Below the pieces are notes generated by a model. That model saw only the letters and a list, made by a program, of their open reading frames with translations. It ran no database searches and was not told the origin of the DNA. Both the position numbers and the translations under genes were made by a program. From Gaiellaceae bacterium (lineage in GTDB: Bacteria; Actinomycetota; Thermoleophilia; Gaiellales; Gaiellaceae), in assembly GCA_035630545.1 (NCBI GenBank), contig DASQKK010000084.1:3405-67404 (forward strand): a stretch of 64,000 nucleotides of DNA, read 5' to 3'. This document shows positions 51,039 to 60,961 of the stretch, one piece after another. The first letter of the stretch is position 1; each line of letters opens with the position of its first letter.

Positions 51039-52027
51039 GCCACGAGCCGCGTCAGCGTGCCCGTGAGCGCGTCGAGCGCGAGCGCGATGTCGTCGGGGGA
51101 GCTCAACTCGGCCGGATTGTGACTGACGCCGCCGTTGAGGCTGCGGACGAACAGCATCCCGGACGGGATCCCGGCACTCGCGAGGATCCCCGCATCGTGC
51201 CCCGCGCCGGAGGGCAGCTCCAGGACGGGCACGCCGAGCGCCTCCACCTCGGCGCGCAGGGCGGCCCGGATCTCCTCCGACATCGGCGATGGCTCGGTGC
51301 GAATCGGCTCCTCGATCTCGAGCGCATCGGCGAGGCGGTCGAGCCGCGCGGCGTCCGGCGCGCGCGCGTCGACGGAGACGACGACCCGCCCTGGGATCAC
51401 ATTCGTCCCGCCAGGCTCCACCGTGACCTGGCCGACGGTCGCCACCGCGCCGTCGATCCCGCGGGCAACCTCGCGCGCGTGGAGGACGAACTCGGCCGCC
51501 TCGACGAGCGCGTCCTCGCGGACGTCCATCGGCGTCGTGCCCGCATGGCCGGGCGTGCCCGCGAACGTGCGCCGGCCGCGCACGTAGCCGACGATCGCGG
51601 TGACGACGCCGAGCGGTGCGTCCGCGCGGAGCAGCGTCGGTCCCTGCTCGATGTGGAGCTCGACGTAGGCATCGGGGCGCGCGGTGCAGCCGCGGCTGCC
51701 GGCGCAGCCGCGCTCCTCGTCGCGGAAGACGACCACGCCGAGGCCGGGAGTCCCGAGCCGCTCGACCGCCTCGATCCCGGCGACGACGCCGAGCGTCCCG
51801 TCGAACCGGCCCGCCCCGGGAACCGTGTCGAGATGCGACCCCGTCCAGACCTGGCGCGCCCCGCCCGGGAGGCGGCCGATCAAATTTCCCGGCGCGTCGA
51901 CCGCGACCTCGAGCCCGGCCTCGAGGAACCAACCGCGCGCGAGCTCGTGTGCCGCGTCCTCCTCGGGCGAGTAGCCGATCCGGTCGCCGAGCGCCGCCAG
52001 CCGATCGAGTCGCTCGAGGATCCGCAC
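51035..52027 (-). CDS. M20-family amidohydrolase, allantoate amidohydrolase / N-carbamoyl-amino-acid hydrolase-like (short form)
   Basis: ORF track, 330 aa. GSHLDTVPGAGRFDG, HAGTTPM, SGAGHDA. Confidence 0.8.
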   Translation of the reverse strand: MRILERLDRLAALGDRIGYSPEEDAAHELARGWFLEAGLEVAVDAPGNLIGRLPGGARQVWTGSHLDTVPGAGRFDGTLGVVAGIEAVERLGTPGLGVVVFRDEERGCAGSRGCTARPDAYVELHIEQGPTLLRADAPLGVVTAIVGYVRGRRTFAGTPGHAGTTPMDVREDALVEAAEFVLHAREVARGIDGAVATVGQVTVEPGGTNVIPGRVVVSVDARAPDAARLDRLADALEIEEPIRTEPSPMSEEIRAALRAEVEALGVPVLELPSGAGHDAGILASAGIPSGMLFVRSLNGGVSHNPAELSSPDDIALALDALTGTLTRLVA

Positions 52028-52037
52028 GCCTCGGAAC

Positions 52038-52640
52038 CTATCGCGGCCGCAGACCCGCCTGGTCCAGCTCGGCGGCGACGAGGGCGTCGTAGCGACCTGC
52101 CTCGAGGTCGCCGAGCGGATCCTTGGTGAAGCGCAGCAGCTCGCCGTAGGGCAGCCCGAACGCTGCCCGCATCGCCAGCAGCCGGCGCCGCTCGTCCGAG
52201 AGCTCGCCGACCGCCTGAGTCGCCGCGTTCAGCCGGCGCACCTGGCGCACGCGCGGCGGGAGGGCGAACAGCAGGAGCAGAGCGGCCGGGAGGGCGAAGA
52301 AGAGGAAGCCGAGCAAGTTGGCGAGATCGTGCGCGGCGCCGGAGCCGCCGCGGCCGAGATCCTCGACCTCGCCGCCCGACCCCTCGCCGGCTCCGCGGAG
52401 TGCGTCGCCGAGCTCGTCGCCGATGAGCGGCGTGCCGTCGACCGCGTCTGCGGCCGCCTCGAAGCCGCCGCTCACGCCTCGGCCCGCTGATTCGACGCCC
52501 TCGCCCAGCACCGCCAGCCTGTCGACGGCATCGTGCACCTCCAGCGCGATCAGCCCGAAGAGAACGAGGGCGAGCACGACGGCGAGGTCTCGCGCCATCA
52601 GGTCGATCCGCCGGCCGGTCTGGTCTGGGTAGATACGCAT
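52038..52640 (-). CDS. hypothetical membrane protein
   Basis: ORF track, 200 aa with 2 TM helices flanking a Gly/Asp/Glu-rich loop. Confidence 0.6.
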   Translation of the reverse strand: MRIYPDQTGRRIDLMARDLAVVLALVLFGLIALEVHDAVDRLAVLGEGVESAGRGVSGGFEAAADAVDGTPLIGDELGDALRGAGEGSGGEVEDLGRGGSGAAHDLANLLGFLFFALPAALLLLFALPPRVRQVRRLNAATQAVGELSDERRRLLAMRAAFGLPYGELLRFTKDPLGDLEAGRYDALVAAELDQAGLRPR

Positions 52641-52643
52641 GAT

Positions 52644-53810
52644 TCAGTGCGCCGCGAGCGGACGGAGGAGCCATGCGCCCGCGAGCGGGAACACTGCCGC
52701 GAGCGCGAAGGCGATTGTCCAGGAGGTGCCGGACACCACCGCCGCGAATGCGACCGGCGCCACGACGCCGATCGCCGCGAGCACCGTCTGCTGAAAGCCG
52801 ATCGCGGCGCCGCTGCGGCGGCCGCCGAGCTCGGCGGCGATCGTGTACGAGAGCCCGTTCCACGCCATCGACATGCCGGTCGCGAGCACGAGCGCCGGCA
52901 CCAGCAGCCAGGCCGGCGAGTCCGACAGCACCGCCACGGCCGCGAGCGTGACCGCGATCACGATGCCGATCGCGCGGAGGGGCCTGACCCGCGTACCGAG
53001 CACGTCGGACCAGTGGCCGACGCCGATCCGCAGCGCGGCTGCGAGCCCCTGGCCGACCGCGAAGACGGCGGCCGCCGCACCGGTGGAGAAACCGTGCTCG
53101 TCGTGCAGGAAGAGGACGGCGAACCCCATCATCGCCACCTGCGCGACGAGGTAGAGGCCGCTGGCCCAGCACGCGAGCCAGAGCCGGCGGTCGTGGAGCG
53201 TGATCTCGACGTCCGTCTTCTCGAGATGCTCCTCGGTGCCGGCGCGAAGCACGAGCGCCCCGGCAAGCGCTCCGGCGAGGACGAAACCGGCGATGAAGAG
53301 GAGCCCGGCTTGCGGGGACTCGAGCACGGGCAGGACGAGCGCGGCCACCGCACCTCCGATCGGCACCGCCGTCTGGCGGACGCCCAGGGCCAGCCCACGC
53401 TCCCTGGCCGAGAACCAGCGCATCACCGCGCGGCCGCTCCCCGACTGGACGCTGCCGCCGGCGGCCCCGGCGAGGCCGAGCAGCGCGACGAGCCAGGCGA
53501 AGCTCGGCGCGAACGCGGCTGCGGTCAGGCAGGCGGCGCAGAGCACGAGGCCACTCGCGAGCGTCCAGCGCTCCCCCCAGCGGTCGACGGCGAAGCCCCA
53601 CGGCAGCAGCGCGATCGTCAGGCCGACCCACTCGGCGGCGAGGACGACGCCGATCTGGGTCAGGGTGAGCTCGTACTCCTCCCGCAGCGCCGGCGCGAGC
53701 ACCGCGATCGCGAACGAGATCGACGAGAAGGACGCCTGCGCGACGGTGCCCGCCGCCAGCACCGCCCAGCGGTAGCTCACCGCGGCACGGTCCCGGTTTG
53801 CGGTGGCCAC
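52644..53810 (-). CDS. MFS transporter
   Basis: ORF track, 388 aa, 12-TM pattern. PWGFAVDRWGERW. Confidence 0.88.
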   Translation of the reverse strand: MATANRDRAAVSYRWAVLAAGTVAQASFSSISFAIAVLAPALREEYELTLTQIGVVLAAEWVGLTIALLPWGFAVDRWGERWTLASGLVLCAACLTAAAFAPSFAWLVALLGLAGAAGGSVQSGSGRAVMRWFSARERGLALGVRQTAVPIGGAVAALVLPVLESPQAGLLFIAGFVLAGALAGALVLRAGTEEHLEKTDVEITLHDRRLWLACWASGLYLVAQVAMMGFAVLFLHDEHGFSTGAAAAVFAVGQGLAAALRIGVGHWSDVLGTRVRPLRAIGIVIAVTLAAVAVLSDSPAWLLVPALVLATGMSMAWNGLSYTIAAELGGRRSGAAIGFQQTVLAAIGVVAPVAFAAVVSGTSWTIAFALAAVFPLAGAWLLRPLAAH

Positions 53811-53852
53811 CCGCCAGCATGGTGCTCCCCGGGAATCGGGATCGTGCCGCGG

Positions 53853-55310
53853 TTAGAGGCCGAAGGGGTTGATCGGGCGTGCGCCGGTGTTGATGGTCAC
53901 GCTCTTCGTCTCGAGATAGAGGTCGAGCGCGTCGATCCCGAGCTCGCGGCCGAAGCCGGACTGCTTGTAGCCGCCGAACGGCAGCCCCGGAAAGGCCGTG
54001 TACGGCATGTTGATCCCGACCGTGCCCGCCTTGATCCGCGCGGCCAGCCGGTGCCCGCGCGCGGGATCGCCAGTCCAGACGGATGCCATCAGCCCGTACT
54101 TGACGTCGTTGGCGATCCGGATCGCGTCCTTCTCGTCCTCGAACGGGATGATCGTGACGACCGGGCCGAAGACCTCCTCCTGCGCAATCGTGGACGAGTT
54201 CTCGACGCCGGCAACCACGGTCGCCGGGTAGAAGGCGTGCTCGCCCGGCTCACCGCCGAGCACGATCTCGCCGCCCTCGTCGCGTGCTTCCTCGACGAAC
54301 GAGTGCACGCGCTCCCGGTGCGCCTCCGAGATCAGCGAGCCCATTTGCGTCTCGGCGTGGAGCGGGTCGCCCACCTTCAGCCGCCCGGCCTTCTCGGTGA
54401 ACGCGGCGACGAAGTCGTCGTAGATCGAGCGCTCGACGAGGACGCGGGAGCGCGCCTCGCAGCTCTGTCCCGCCGCGTAGTAGATCGACCAGACGGCGCT
54501 CGGGATCGCGGAGTCGAGGTCGGCGTCGGCGAAGACGAGGTTGGGGCTCTTGCCGCCCAGCTCCAGCGTCAGCCGCTTGATCGGCTCCGAGCAGAGCCGC
54601 ATGATCTCGCCGCCCGTCCTCGTCGAGCCGGTGAACGCGACCTTGTCGACGCCCGGATGCCTGACGAGATAGGCGCCGGTCGTCGGCCCGTCGCCGGCGA
54701 CGATGTTGATCGCCCCGGCGGGAAAGCCGACCTCGGCGGCGAGCTCCGCGAGCCTGAGCGCGGTCACCGGCGTCTGCGGATCGGGCTTGAGCACGACCGC
54801 ACAGCCAGCCGCAAGCGCCGGCGCGAGCTTCCACGTCGTCATCAACAGCGGGTAGTTCCAGGGGACGATCTGGCCCGCGACGCCGACCGGCTCCTTCAAC
54901 GTGTACGAGAGGAGCGAGCCGCCGATCGGGTTCGAGCGGCCGCCGATCGAGGCGATCGCGGAGGCGAAGTAGCGGAAGTTCTCGACCGCGCCGAAGAGCT
55001 CCGCCTTGGTCGAGGAGATCGCCTTGCCGACGTTGCGCGCCTCGAGCTCGGAGAGCTCGTTCCGGTTCGCCTTGACGGCGTCGGCCAGCGCGTGCAGGAG
55101 CCGCGACCGCTCGGTCGCGGCTGTCTTGCCCCAGTCGCCGTCGAGCGCGCCCCGGGCCGCCTCGACCGCTCGGTCGATCTCCGCCTCGCCCGCGAGCTGC
55201 GCCGTGCCGAGCACCTCGCCCGAGGCCGGCTCGATCAGGTCGCGGGACGAGGAGCCCTCGACGGTCTCGCCGTTGATGAAGAGCCCGAACTCGTTCGTCG
55301 CGACTGCCAC
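53853..55310 (-). CDS. NAD(P)-dependent aldehyde dehydrogenase
   Basis: GTG at 55310 in the frame of ORF 53853..55547. VPWNYP, FTGST, ELGGKSP, GQSCEA. Confidence 0.92.
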   Translation of the reverse strand: MAVATNEFGLFINGETVEGSSSRDLIEPASGEVLGTAQLAGEAEIDRAVEAARGALDGDWGKTAATERSRLLHALADAVKANRNELSELEARNVGKAISSTKAELFGAVENFRYFASAIASIGGRSNPIGGSLLSYTLKEPVGVAGQIVPWNYPLLMTTWKLAPALAAGCAVVLKPDPQTPVTALRLAELAAEVGFPAGAINIVAGDGPTTGAYLVRHPGVDKVAFTGSTRTGGEIMRLCSEPIKRLTLELGGKSPNLVFADADLDSAIPSAVWSIYYAAGQSCEARSRVLVERSIYDDFVAAFTEKAGRLKVGDPLHAETQMGSLISEAHRERVHSFVEEARDEGGEIVLGGEPGEHAFYPATVVAGVENSSTIAQEEVFGPVVTIIPFEDEKDAIRIANDVKYGLMASVWTGDPARGHRLAARIKAGTVGINMPYTAFPGLPFGGYKQSGFGRELGIDALDLYLETKSVTINTGARPINPFGL

Positions 55311-55340
55311 GGCAGGACGATAGCGGCTTACAGTTCGCGC

Positions 55341-55860
55341 ATGAGCAGCACCGCTCCCGACGGCAGCCCGGTCGGGCTCTACGCCACGCTCGCGCCGCTG
55401 GGCGAGCCGGAGCTGATCGACGCGGCGATTCCGGCGGGCTGCGAGATCCTCGAGCTCGGCTGCGGTGCCGGCCGGATCACGCACGAGCTGCTGGCACTCG
55501 GCCACCGCGTCACGGCCGTCGACAACTCGGCCGAGATGCTCGCCCACGTGCGGCGGTCAGGTGCTGCTGGAGCGGATGCCGCCTCAATGGGAGCCGAGCC
55601 CGCAGTCGAGGACGGTGGGCGGGGTGGAGCTGAGGCTGCGCGACGCCGTGCCGGAGGGCGAGCTCGTCTCGGCGGTGGTGGAGTACCGGGCGGCCGGCGA
55701 GCGCTGGACGCACGCCTTCCGCGCGAGGCTGATCTCGGACGACGACGTCGACGCCGCGCTCTCGCGCGCGGAGCTCGAGCGAGTGCGCTGGCTAGACGAG
55801 CGTCGCACGTGGCTCGAGGCTCGGCCGCTCCCGGCTACGACCCGAGGTGGCGGAGGCTGA
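55341..55860 (+). pseudogene. class I SAM-dependent methyltransferase disrupted by an internal deletion and frameshift
   Basis: Frame A from the ATG at 55341 reads ...ILELGCGAGRITHELLALGHRVTAVDNSAEMLAHV. The C-terminal part VLLERMPPQWEP...WTHAFRARL...WLEARP is in frame B (ORF 55465..55860). About 50 aa between motif I and the C-terminal region are missing. Confidence 0.5.
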
Positions 55861-56287
55861 CCTGGAGCGCCGGCGGCGTCACGTCGTCGGGCAGCAGGAG
55901 CGAGTTCCGAAACTCGGTGACGGCGAGCTCGAGCCGGCCCGACGGCGCCCGCCTCTCGGCGAGGAAGCCTCGCTCGCCGCTCGTCCCCGGCTGGGTCCAG
56001 CCGGCGGCGAGGGCTGCCTCGCGCGCCTGCTCGAGCGCCCGTGCCGAGGCGGCGGCGCTGAGCTCGAACATGCGCGTGTACTGGGCGGATACAGGCTCGC
56101 CGAGCGATGTGCCCTCGTTCCGCGAGTCCGTGTCGACGAGTGTCCCGCCGTCCGGCACGTAGGTCGCCATCGGATCGTCCTGCAACGCCTGCAGCTGCGC
56201 GCTCGACTCCTCTCCGCCCCGGGAGAGCAGGAGCACGAGCGCGGCCAGCGCCCCGACGGCCGCGAGGAGCTTCGTGCGGGTGCTCAC
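55835..56287 (-). CDS. hypothetical secreted or membrane-anchored protein
   Basis: GTG at 56287 (GTGA overlap with the thiolase stop). [22 protein letters not shown]. Confidence 0.6.
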   Translation of the reverse strand: MSTRTKLLAAVGALAALVLLLSRGGEESSAQLQALQDDPMATYVPDGGTLVDTDSRNEGTSLGEPVSAQYTRMFELSAAASARALEQAREAALAAGWTQPGTSGERGFLAERRAPSGRLELAVTEFRNSLLLPDDVTPPALQVSLRHLGS

Positions 56288-57453
56288 CGCTCGAACAGTG
56301 CGGCCTGGCCCTGGCCGACGCCGACGCACATCGTCGCGACGCCGTAGCGGCCGCCGCGGCGGCGGAGCTCGTGCAGGAGGCTGACGACCAGCCGCGCACC
56401 GCTCATCCCGAGCGGGTGGCCGATCGCGATCGCGCCGCCGTTCACGTTCACCTTCTCCTCGTCGAGGCCGAGCTCGCGGACGACCGCCAGGCTCTGCGAC
56501 GCGAACGCCTCGTTCAGCTCGACGAGGTCGAGGTCGCCGACGCCGATCCCGGCTCGGTCGAGCAGCTTGCGCACCGCCGGTACCGGGCCGATTCCCATCA
56601 CGCGCGGGTCGACCCCGGCGACGGCGCTGGCCACGAAGGTCCCGAGCGGCTCCGCGCCCCCCTCTCCGTAACCCAGCGCTCGCGCCTTCTCCTCCGACGC
56701 GATCACGAGCGCGGCCGCGCCGTCGTTGAGCCCGCTCGAGTTGCCGGCCGTGACGGTGCCGCCGTCGCGGAACGCAGGCCTCAGCGCAGCGAGCTTCTCG
56801 GCGCTCGTGTCCGGCCGCGGGTGCTCGTCCCGGTCGAGCTCGCCGACGGACACGAGCTCCTCGGAGAAGTCCGCTTCCGCCCAGCGCTGCTGCGAGCGGA
56901 GCGCGAACGCGTCCTGGTCCTCGCGAGACACCTCCCACCGCTCGGCCACGTTCTCGCCCGTCTCGCCCATCGTCTCGAGCGGGAACCGCTCGGCGAGCGC
57001 AGGATTGGGGAAGCGCCAGCCGAGCGTCGTGTCGTACATCGTGCGGTCGCCGCGCGGATAGGCCGCGTCGGGCTTCGCGGTCACGAGCGGCGCGCGGCTC
57101 ATCGACTCGACCCCGCCGGCGACGAAGAGGTCGCCGTCGCCGGCCGCGATCGCATGACACGCACCGACGACGGCCGAAAGGCCGGAGGCGCAGAGCCGGT
57201 TCACGGTCACGCCGGCCACCGATTCCGGCAGCCCGGCGAGCAGCGCCGCCATCCGGGCGACGTTGCGGTTGTCCTCACCCGCCTGGTTCGCGCAGCCGAG
57301 GTAGACGTCCTCGATCTCACCCGCCTCGACGCCGGCCCGCTCGACCGCCGCTGCCACTGCGATCGCCGCGAGATCGTCCGGCCGCACGCCCGCAAGGGCG
57401 CCACCGTAGCGACCGACCGGTGTCCGGACCGCCGAGATCACGACCGCCTTCAC
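56284..57453 (-). CDS. acetyl-CoA C-acyltransferase (thiolase; PaaJ/FadA-like)
   Basis: GTG at 57453 in the frame of ORF 56284..57588. [30 protein letters not shown]. Confidence 0.92.
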   Translation of the reverse strand: MKAVVISAVRTPVGRYGGALAGVRPDDLAAIAVAAAVERAGVEAGEIEDVYLGCANQAGEDNRNVARMAALLAGLPESVAGVTVNRLCASGLSAVVGACHAIAAGDGDLFVAGGVESMSRAPLVTAKPDAAYPRGDRTMYDTTLGWRFPNPALAERFPLETMGETGENVAERWEVSREDQDAFALRSQQRWAEADFSEELVSVGELDRDEHPRPDTSAEKLAALRPAFRDGGTVTAGNSSGLNDGAAALVIASEEKARALGYGEGGAEPLGTFVASAVAGVDPRVMGIGPVPAVRKLLDRAGIGVGDLDLVELNEAFASQSLAVVRELGLDEEKVNVNGGAIAIGHPLGMSGARLVVSLLHELRRRGGRYGVATMCVGVGQGQAALFER

Positions 57454-57604
57454 GTCGCGTACCCCTGGGGACAGTCCCGGGGCCTGTCCCCTGTTACGAG
57501 ATTGCAACTCGAGCGGCGAGACGTGAGCGCGAACGGCGTAGCCAAGCGGCCGGAGGTGGGGACAGTCCCCACCCAACTCGGTGCGCAACGGAGCCCGGGC
57601 GACA

Positions 57605-58429
57605 TCAGGAGACGTAGTCGAGCCGGACGGGCTCGGGAAACGCGCCGATCGCCTCGCCGCGGCGCAGCAGCTCTTCGACCGCGCGGCGGCCCTCGTCCCC
57701 GTAGTCGCACGTCAGCTCGTTCACGTACATGTCGACGAAGCGCTCGTTCGTCGCCGCGTCGATCCCGCGGCCGAAGCGCATCGCGTAGCGCATCGCGTCG
57801 CGCCGGTTGTCGAGGCCGGCCCGGATCGAGTCGAGCAGGACCGCCGAGAGGTCGCCCATCCGCTCGCCGACATCGCGGCGGGCGAGGTTGACACCGAGCG
57901 GCAACGGCAGCCCCGTCTCGAGCAGCCACCACTCGCCGAGGTCGAGCACCTTGTGCAGCCCGGCCGACTCGTAGGTGAGCTGCCCCTCGTGGATCACGAG
58001 CCCTGCGTCGGCGCGGCCGGACGAGACCTCGTCGAGGACGCGGTCGAACGCCAGCTCGCGGTGTGCGAACTCGCCGAGCGCGAGCCGCAGGGTCAGGAAC
58101 GCCGTCGTCATCCGCCCCGGAACGACGATCTCGGCGAAGCGCAGCTGCTCGAACGTGAGCGGCTCGCGCGCGACGAGGATCGGCCCGTAGCCGGACCCGA
58201 TACTGGCGCCGTGCGGCAGCAGCGCGTACCGGTCCTGCACGAACGGATACGCGTGCAGCGAGGTCGCCGTCACCTCCAGCCGCCCCTCGAGCGCCCACTC
58301 GTTCAGCGTCTGGATGTCCTGGAGCACCTGCTCGAACTGGAACCCGCGCGTGTCGATCGCGCCCGCGGCGATCGCCCAGAACATGAACGCGTCGTCGGGG
58401 TCAGGGCTGTGTCCGAGCCGAATGAGCAC
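57605..58429 (-). CDS. MqnA/MqnD family protein (futalosine-pathway menaquinone biosynthesis)
   Basis: ORF track, 274 aa. [24 protein letters not shown]. Confidence 0.8.
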   Translation of the reverse strand: MLIRLGHSPDPDDAFMFWAIAAGAIDTRGFQFEQVLQDIQTLNEWALEGRLEVTATSLHAYPFVQDRYALLPHGASIGSGYGPILVAREPLTFEQLRFAEIVVPGRMTTAFLTLRLALGEFAHRELAFDRVLDEVSSGRADAGLVIHEGQLTYESAGLHKVLDLGEWWLLETGLPLPLGVNLARRDVGERMGDLSAVLLDSIRAGLDNRRDAMRYAMRFGRGIDAATNERFVDMYVNELTCDYGDEGRRAVEELLRRGEAIGAFPEPVRLDYVS

Positions 58430-58470
58430 CGAGCGAGGCTACCACCGGCCTACCTCCCTACACTGGCCCC

Positions 58471-58908
58471 GTGGCGAACGCCCACCTGAGCGACGCGATT
58501 CAGGACTACCTGAAGGAGATCTACAAGCTCGGCACCGAGAGCGAGCGAGTCTCGACATCGGCGCTCGCCGAGCGCCAGCAGGTGTCGGCGGCGTCGGCGA
58601 GCGCGATGGTGAAGAAGCTCGCCGCGCTCGGCCTCGCGGAGCACGCCCCCTACCGCGGCGTCACGCTGACCCACGCCGGCGAGCAGGTCGCGCTCGAGGT
58701 GATCCGCCACCACCGCCTGCTCGAGCTCTACCTCGCCGAGACGCTCGGGATCGGGGTCGACGACGTCCACGACGAGGCCGACCGGCTCGAGCACGCACTC
58801 TCCGACGAGCTCGAGGCGCGGATCGACAAGGTGCTCGGCTTCCCGACGCACGATCCGCACGGCGACCCGATCCCCGACGCCAACCTGGAGTGGCCGAAAG
58901 AGGGCTGA
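58471..58908 (+). CDS. DtxR/MntR family metal-dependent transcriptional regulator (no SH3-like domain)
   Basis: ORF track, 145 aa. DYLKEIYKL, EVIRHHRLLELYL, HDPHGDPIP. Confidence 0.88.
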   Translation: MANAHLSDAIQDYLKEIYKLGTESERVSTSALAERQQVSAASASAMVKKLAALGLAEHAPYRGVTLTHAGEQVALEVIRHHRLLELYLAETLGIGVDDVHDEADRLEHALSDELEARIDKVLGFPTHDPHGDPIPDANLEWPKEG

Positions 58909-58965
58909 CCTCCGGCGCAGGCAAGGATCGCTGAGGGGCCGCGTCGCGGGCCCGGAGTCACGACC

Positions 58966-59310
58966 TCAGCGTCTGCCGAAGAAGAAGCGCTCCAATACCG
59001 GCAGCACCTCTTTCCTCGTGAACGGCTTGATCCGCACGGTCGAGCCGTCGTCCTCGAGCACGCGCGCGTCGTCCTCGAGCGCACCGTTCGCGGCGTCGAG
59101 CGCGTCGCCGAGCTCGTGCCCCTCGAAGAGGTAGTCGTCGTCCCGGGGCTCGCCGCTCGGCCGGTGCTGCGGATTGACGGCGCGACCGACCGCCCAGAGC
59201 GCTCCTTCTTTGCGCTCGAGCCAGATCACGATCCGCTCCGCGCGCCCCGCGTCGTCGAACCCCTCCAGAGTCCGCTCGGCGCACCTGCCGTCGGAGCTGA
59301 TCTTGCGCAT
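58966..59310 (-). CDS. hypothetical protein (acidic, 114 aa)
   Basis: ORF track. No family recognised. Confidence 0.55.
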   Translation of the reverse strand: MRKISSDGRCAERTLEGFDDAGRAERIVIWLERKEGALWAVGRAVNPQHRPSGEPRDDDYLFEGHELGDALDAANGALEDDARVLEDDGSTVRIKPFTRKEVLPVLERFFFGRR

Positions 59311-59335
59311 TGAAAGGAGGATACAATCGCCCGCG

Positions 59336-59578
59336 ATGGCGTTCCGGAACCTCTTCTCGTTTCTCTTCCAGCGGTCGTCGGCCGAGGAGCGGGTCGCCGC
59401 CTACGTGATCCGAGAGCACGACCGCGGGCGAGACCTCGCCGAGATCCTCGAGGACCGCTACGTGCAGAACCGCTGCAATCCCGACCAACGTGCGAGGCTG
59501 CTCGACCGCCCGGAGATCATCAAGGCGATCGGCAAGGACACGATCGCGGACGCCCGCGAGGCGATCGGCACCAGCTAG
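59336..59578 (+). CDS. hypothetical protein (80 aa)
   Basis: ATG in frame with ORF 59174..59578. AAAGGAGG lies upstream at a rather long spacing. Confidence 0.5.
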   Translation: MAFRNLFSFLFQRSSAEERVAAYVIREHDRGRDLAEILEDRYVQNRCNPDQRARLLDRPEIIKAIGKDTIADAREAIGTS

Positions 59579-60504
59579 ACGGTCGTCCCGACGCCGCGCT
59601 CGCGCGCGCGCCGGACGAGCTCGGCCGCGATCGCGACGTCCCAGGCGGCGAGCCCGTTCGACTTGAAGACGACGATGTCCGTGTCCGATTCACGGCCCGG
59701 CACGTCCCCGGCGACGACCTCGTGCAGCTCGTGCACCTCGAGCCAGTCGAGCAACCCGCTCTCGACGGGGTCGATCAGATCGCCCGATTCGAGTTTCGCG
59801 TTCTCCTTCGAGTCGCAGCAGACGAAGCTCGCGCGCTCGAGGACGACGTTGTCGAGCTCGCGCTTGCTCGGATCGTTCGCGCCGGCTGCGCAGACGAGCG
59901 CGCCCTCGCGCAGCCAGTCGCCGCGCAGGACCGGATCGCGCGAAGTCGTGATCGTGACGACGACGTCCTGTGCGGCCGCGTCCACAGGCGACTCGGCCGG
60001 CTCGGCGGCGACCCGAGCGCAGAAGGCCTGCAGGCGCTCGGGCGTCCGGCAGTAGGCGACGACGCGCTCGATCGTCGGCACGGCGGCCCGGATCGCCTCC
60101 ACCTGCGACTCGGCCTGCCAGCCGCAGCCGATCACGCCGAGCGTGCGCGCGTCTGGCCGGGCGAGGTACGTGGCGGCGACGCCGCTCGCGGCCCCGGTCC
60201 GCCGCTGGCCGGCAGCGTCCGCCTCGAGGACCGCGGCGAGCGCTCCGGTGCCGAGATCGAACAGCGAGACGGCGAAGACGGCTCCGCCGGCGGTGGCGGT
60301 GTAGGCCTTGACCCCCGCGTAGCCGAGCTCGCGGTCGACCGCGGACATGACGGCGAAGCTGCCGTCGCCGAATCGGAGTCGCCGGCGCGGCACGTTCTCG
60401 ACCGCACCGGCCGCCATCCGGCGAAAGGACGCCTCCAGCACGGGCACCGCCTCGCCGGCCGTGATCAGGCCCGCGACGTCAGCCTCGGTCAGATACAGCG
60501 GCAA
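59575..60504 (-). CDS. ornithine cyclodeaminase / mu-crystallin family protein
   Basis: ORF track, 309 aa. [18 protein letters not shown]. Confidence 0.88.
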   Translation of the reverse strand: MPLYLTEADVAGLITAGEAVPVLEASFRRMAAGAVENVPRRRLRFGDGSFAVMSAVDRELGYAGVKAYTATAGGAVFAVSLFDLGTGALAAVLEADAAGQRRTGAASGVAATYLARPDARTLGVIGCGWQAESQVEAIRAAVPTIERVVAYCRTPERLQAFCARVAAEPAESPVDAAAQDVVVTITTSRDPVLRGDWLREGALVCAAGANDPSKRELDNVVLERASFVCCDSKENAKLESGDLIDPVESGLLDWLEVHELHEVVAGDVPGRESDTDIVVFKSNGLAAWDVAIAAELVRRARERGVGTTV

Positions 60505-60514
60505 GCCCGAAAGC

Positions 60515-60961
60515 CTACGCGTCGCCCTTCCGCAGGAAGCTGATCCGGCCGTTCGTCTCCAGCACCGCCCACTGGACTGAGTCCAGCGGCCCGATCCCGT
60601 CCTCCCGCGCGGCGGCTGCGAGCTCCTCGAGCGTGATCCGGTTCCGGCGCAGGTTGCGGTCGATCGGCCTGCCGTCCTCGAGCACGATCACCGGCTCGCC
60701 GTCGAGCATGGGCCGCAGCCGCGGGAAGCGGAAGCTCGTGTACGAGACGGCAACGGTCATCAGGGCGATCGTCGAGCCGACGAGCAGCGCGCCGGTGACG
60801 GAGAAGTCGTTCTGGGTTACCCCCTGCTGCACGAGGTCGCCGATCATCACGAGCATGATCAGGTCGAAGGGCTGCATCGAGGAGAGCTCGCGCCGACCGA
60901 TCACGCGCGTCAGCAGGTAGACGAACAGAAAGGCGACGGCTGCACGGACGACGAGGTCCAT
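60515..60961 (-). CDS. DUF421 (YetF-like) membrane protein
   Basis: Last 148 aa of ORF 60515..61378. GRRELSSMQPFDLIMLVMIGD. Confidence 0.8.
   Translation of the reverse strand: MDLVVRAAVAFLFVYLLTRVIGRRELSSMQPFDLIMLVMIGDLVQQGVTQNDFSVTGALLVGSTIALMTVAVSYTSFRFPRLRPMLDGEPVIVLEDGRPIDRNLRRNRITLEELAAAAREDGIGPLDSVQWAVLETNGRISFLRKGDA

Noticed and set aside
58966-59578. The divergent small-protein pair (114 aa and 80 aa) as a toxin-antitoxin or defence module
   Set aside because: The genes are divergent rather than co-transcribed. I see no recognisable toxin, antitoxin or HTH motifs, so there is nothing beyond their small size to support the idea.
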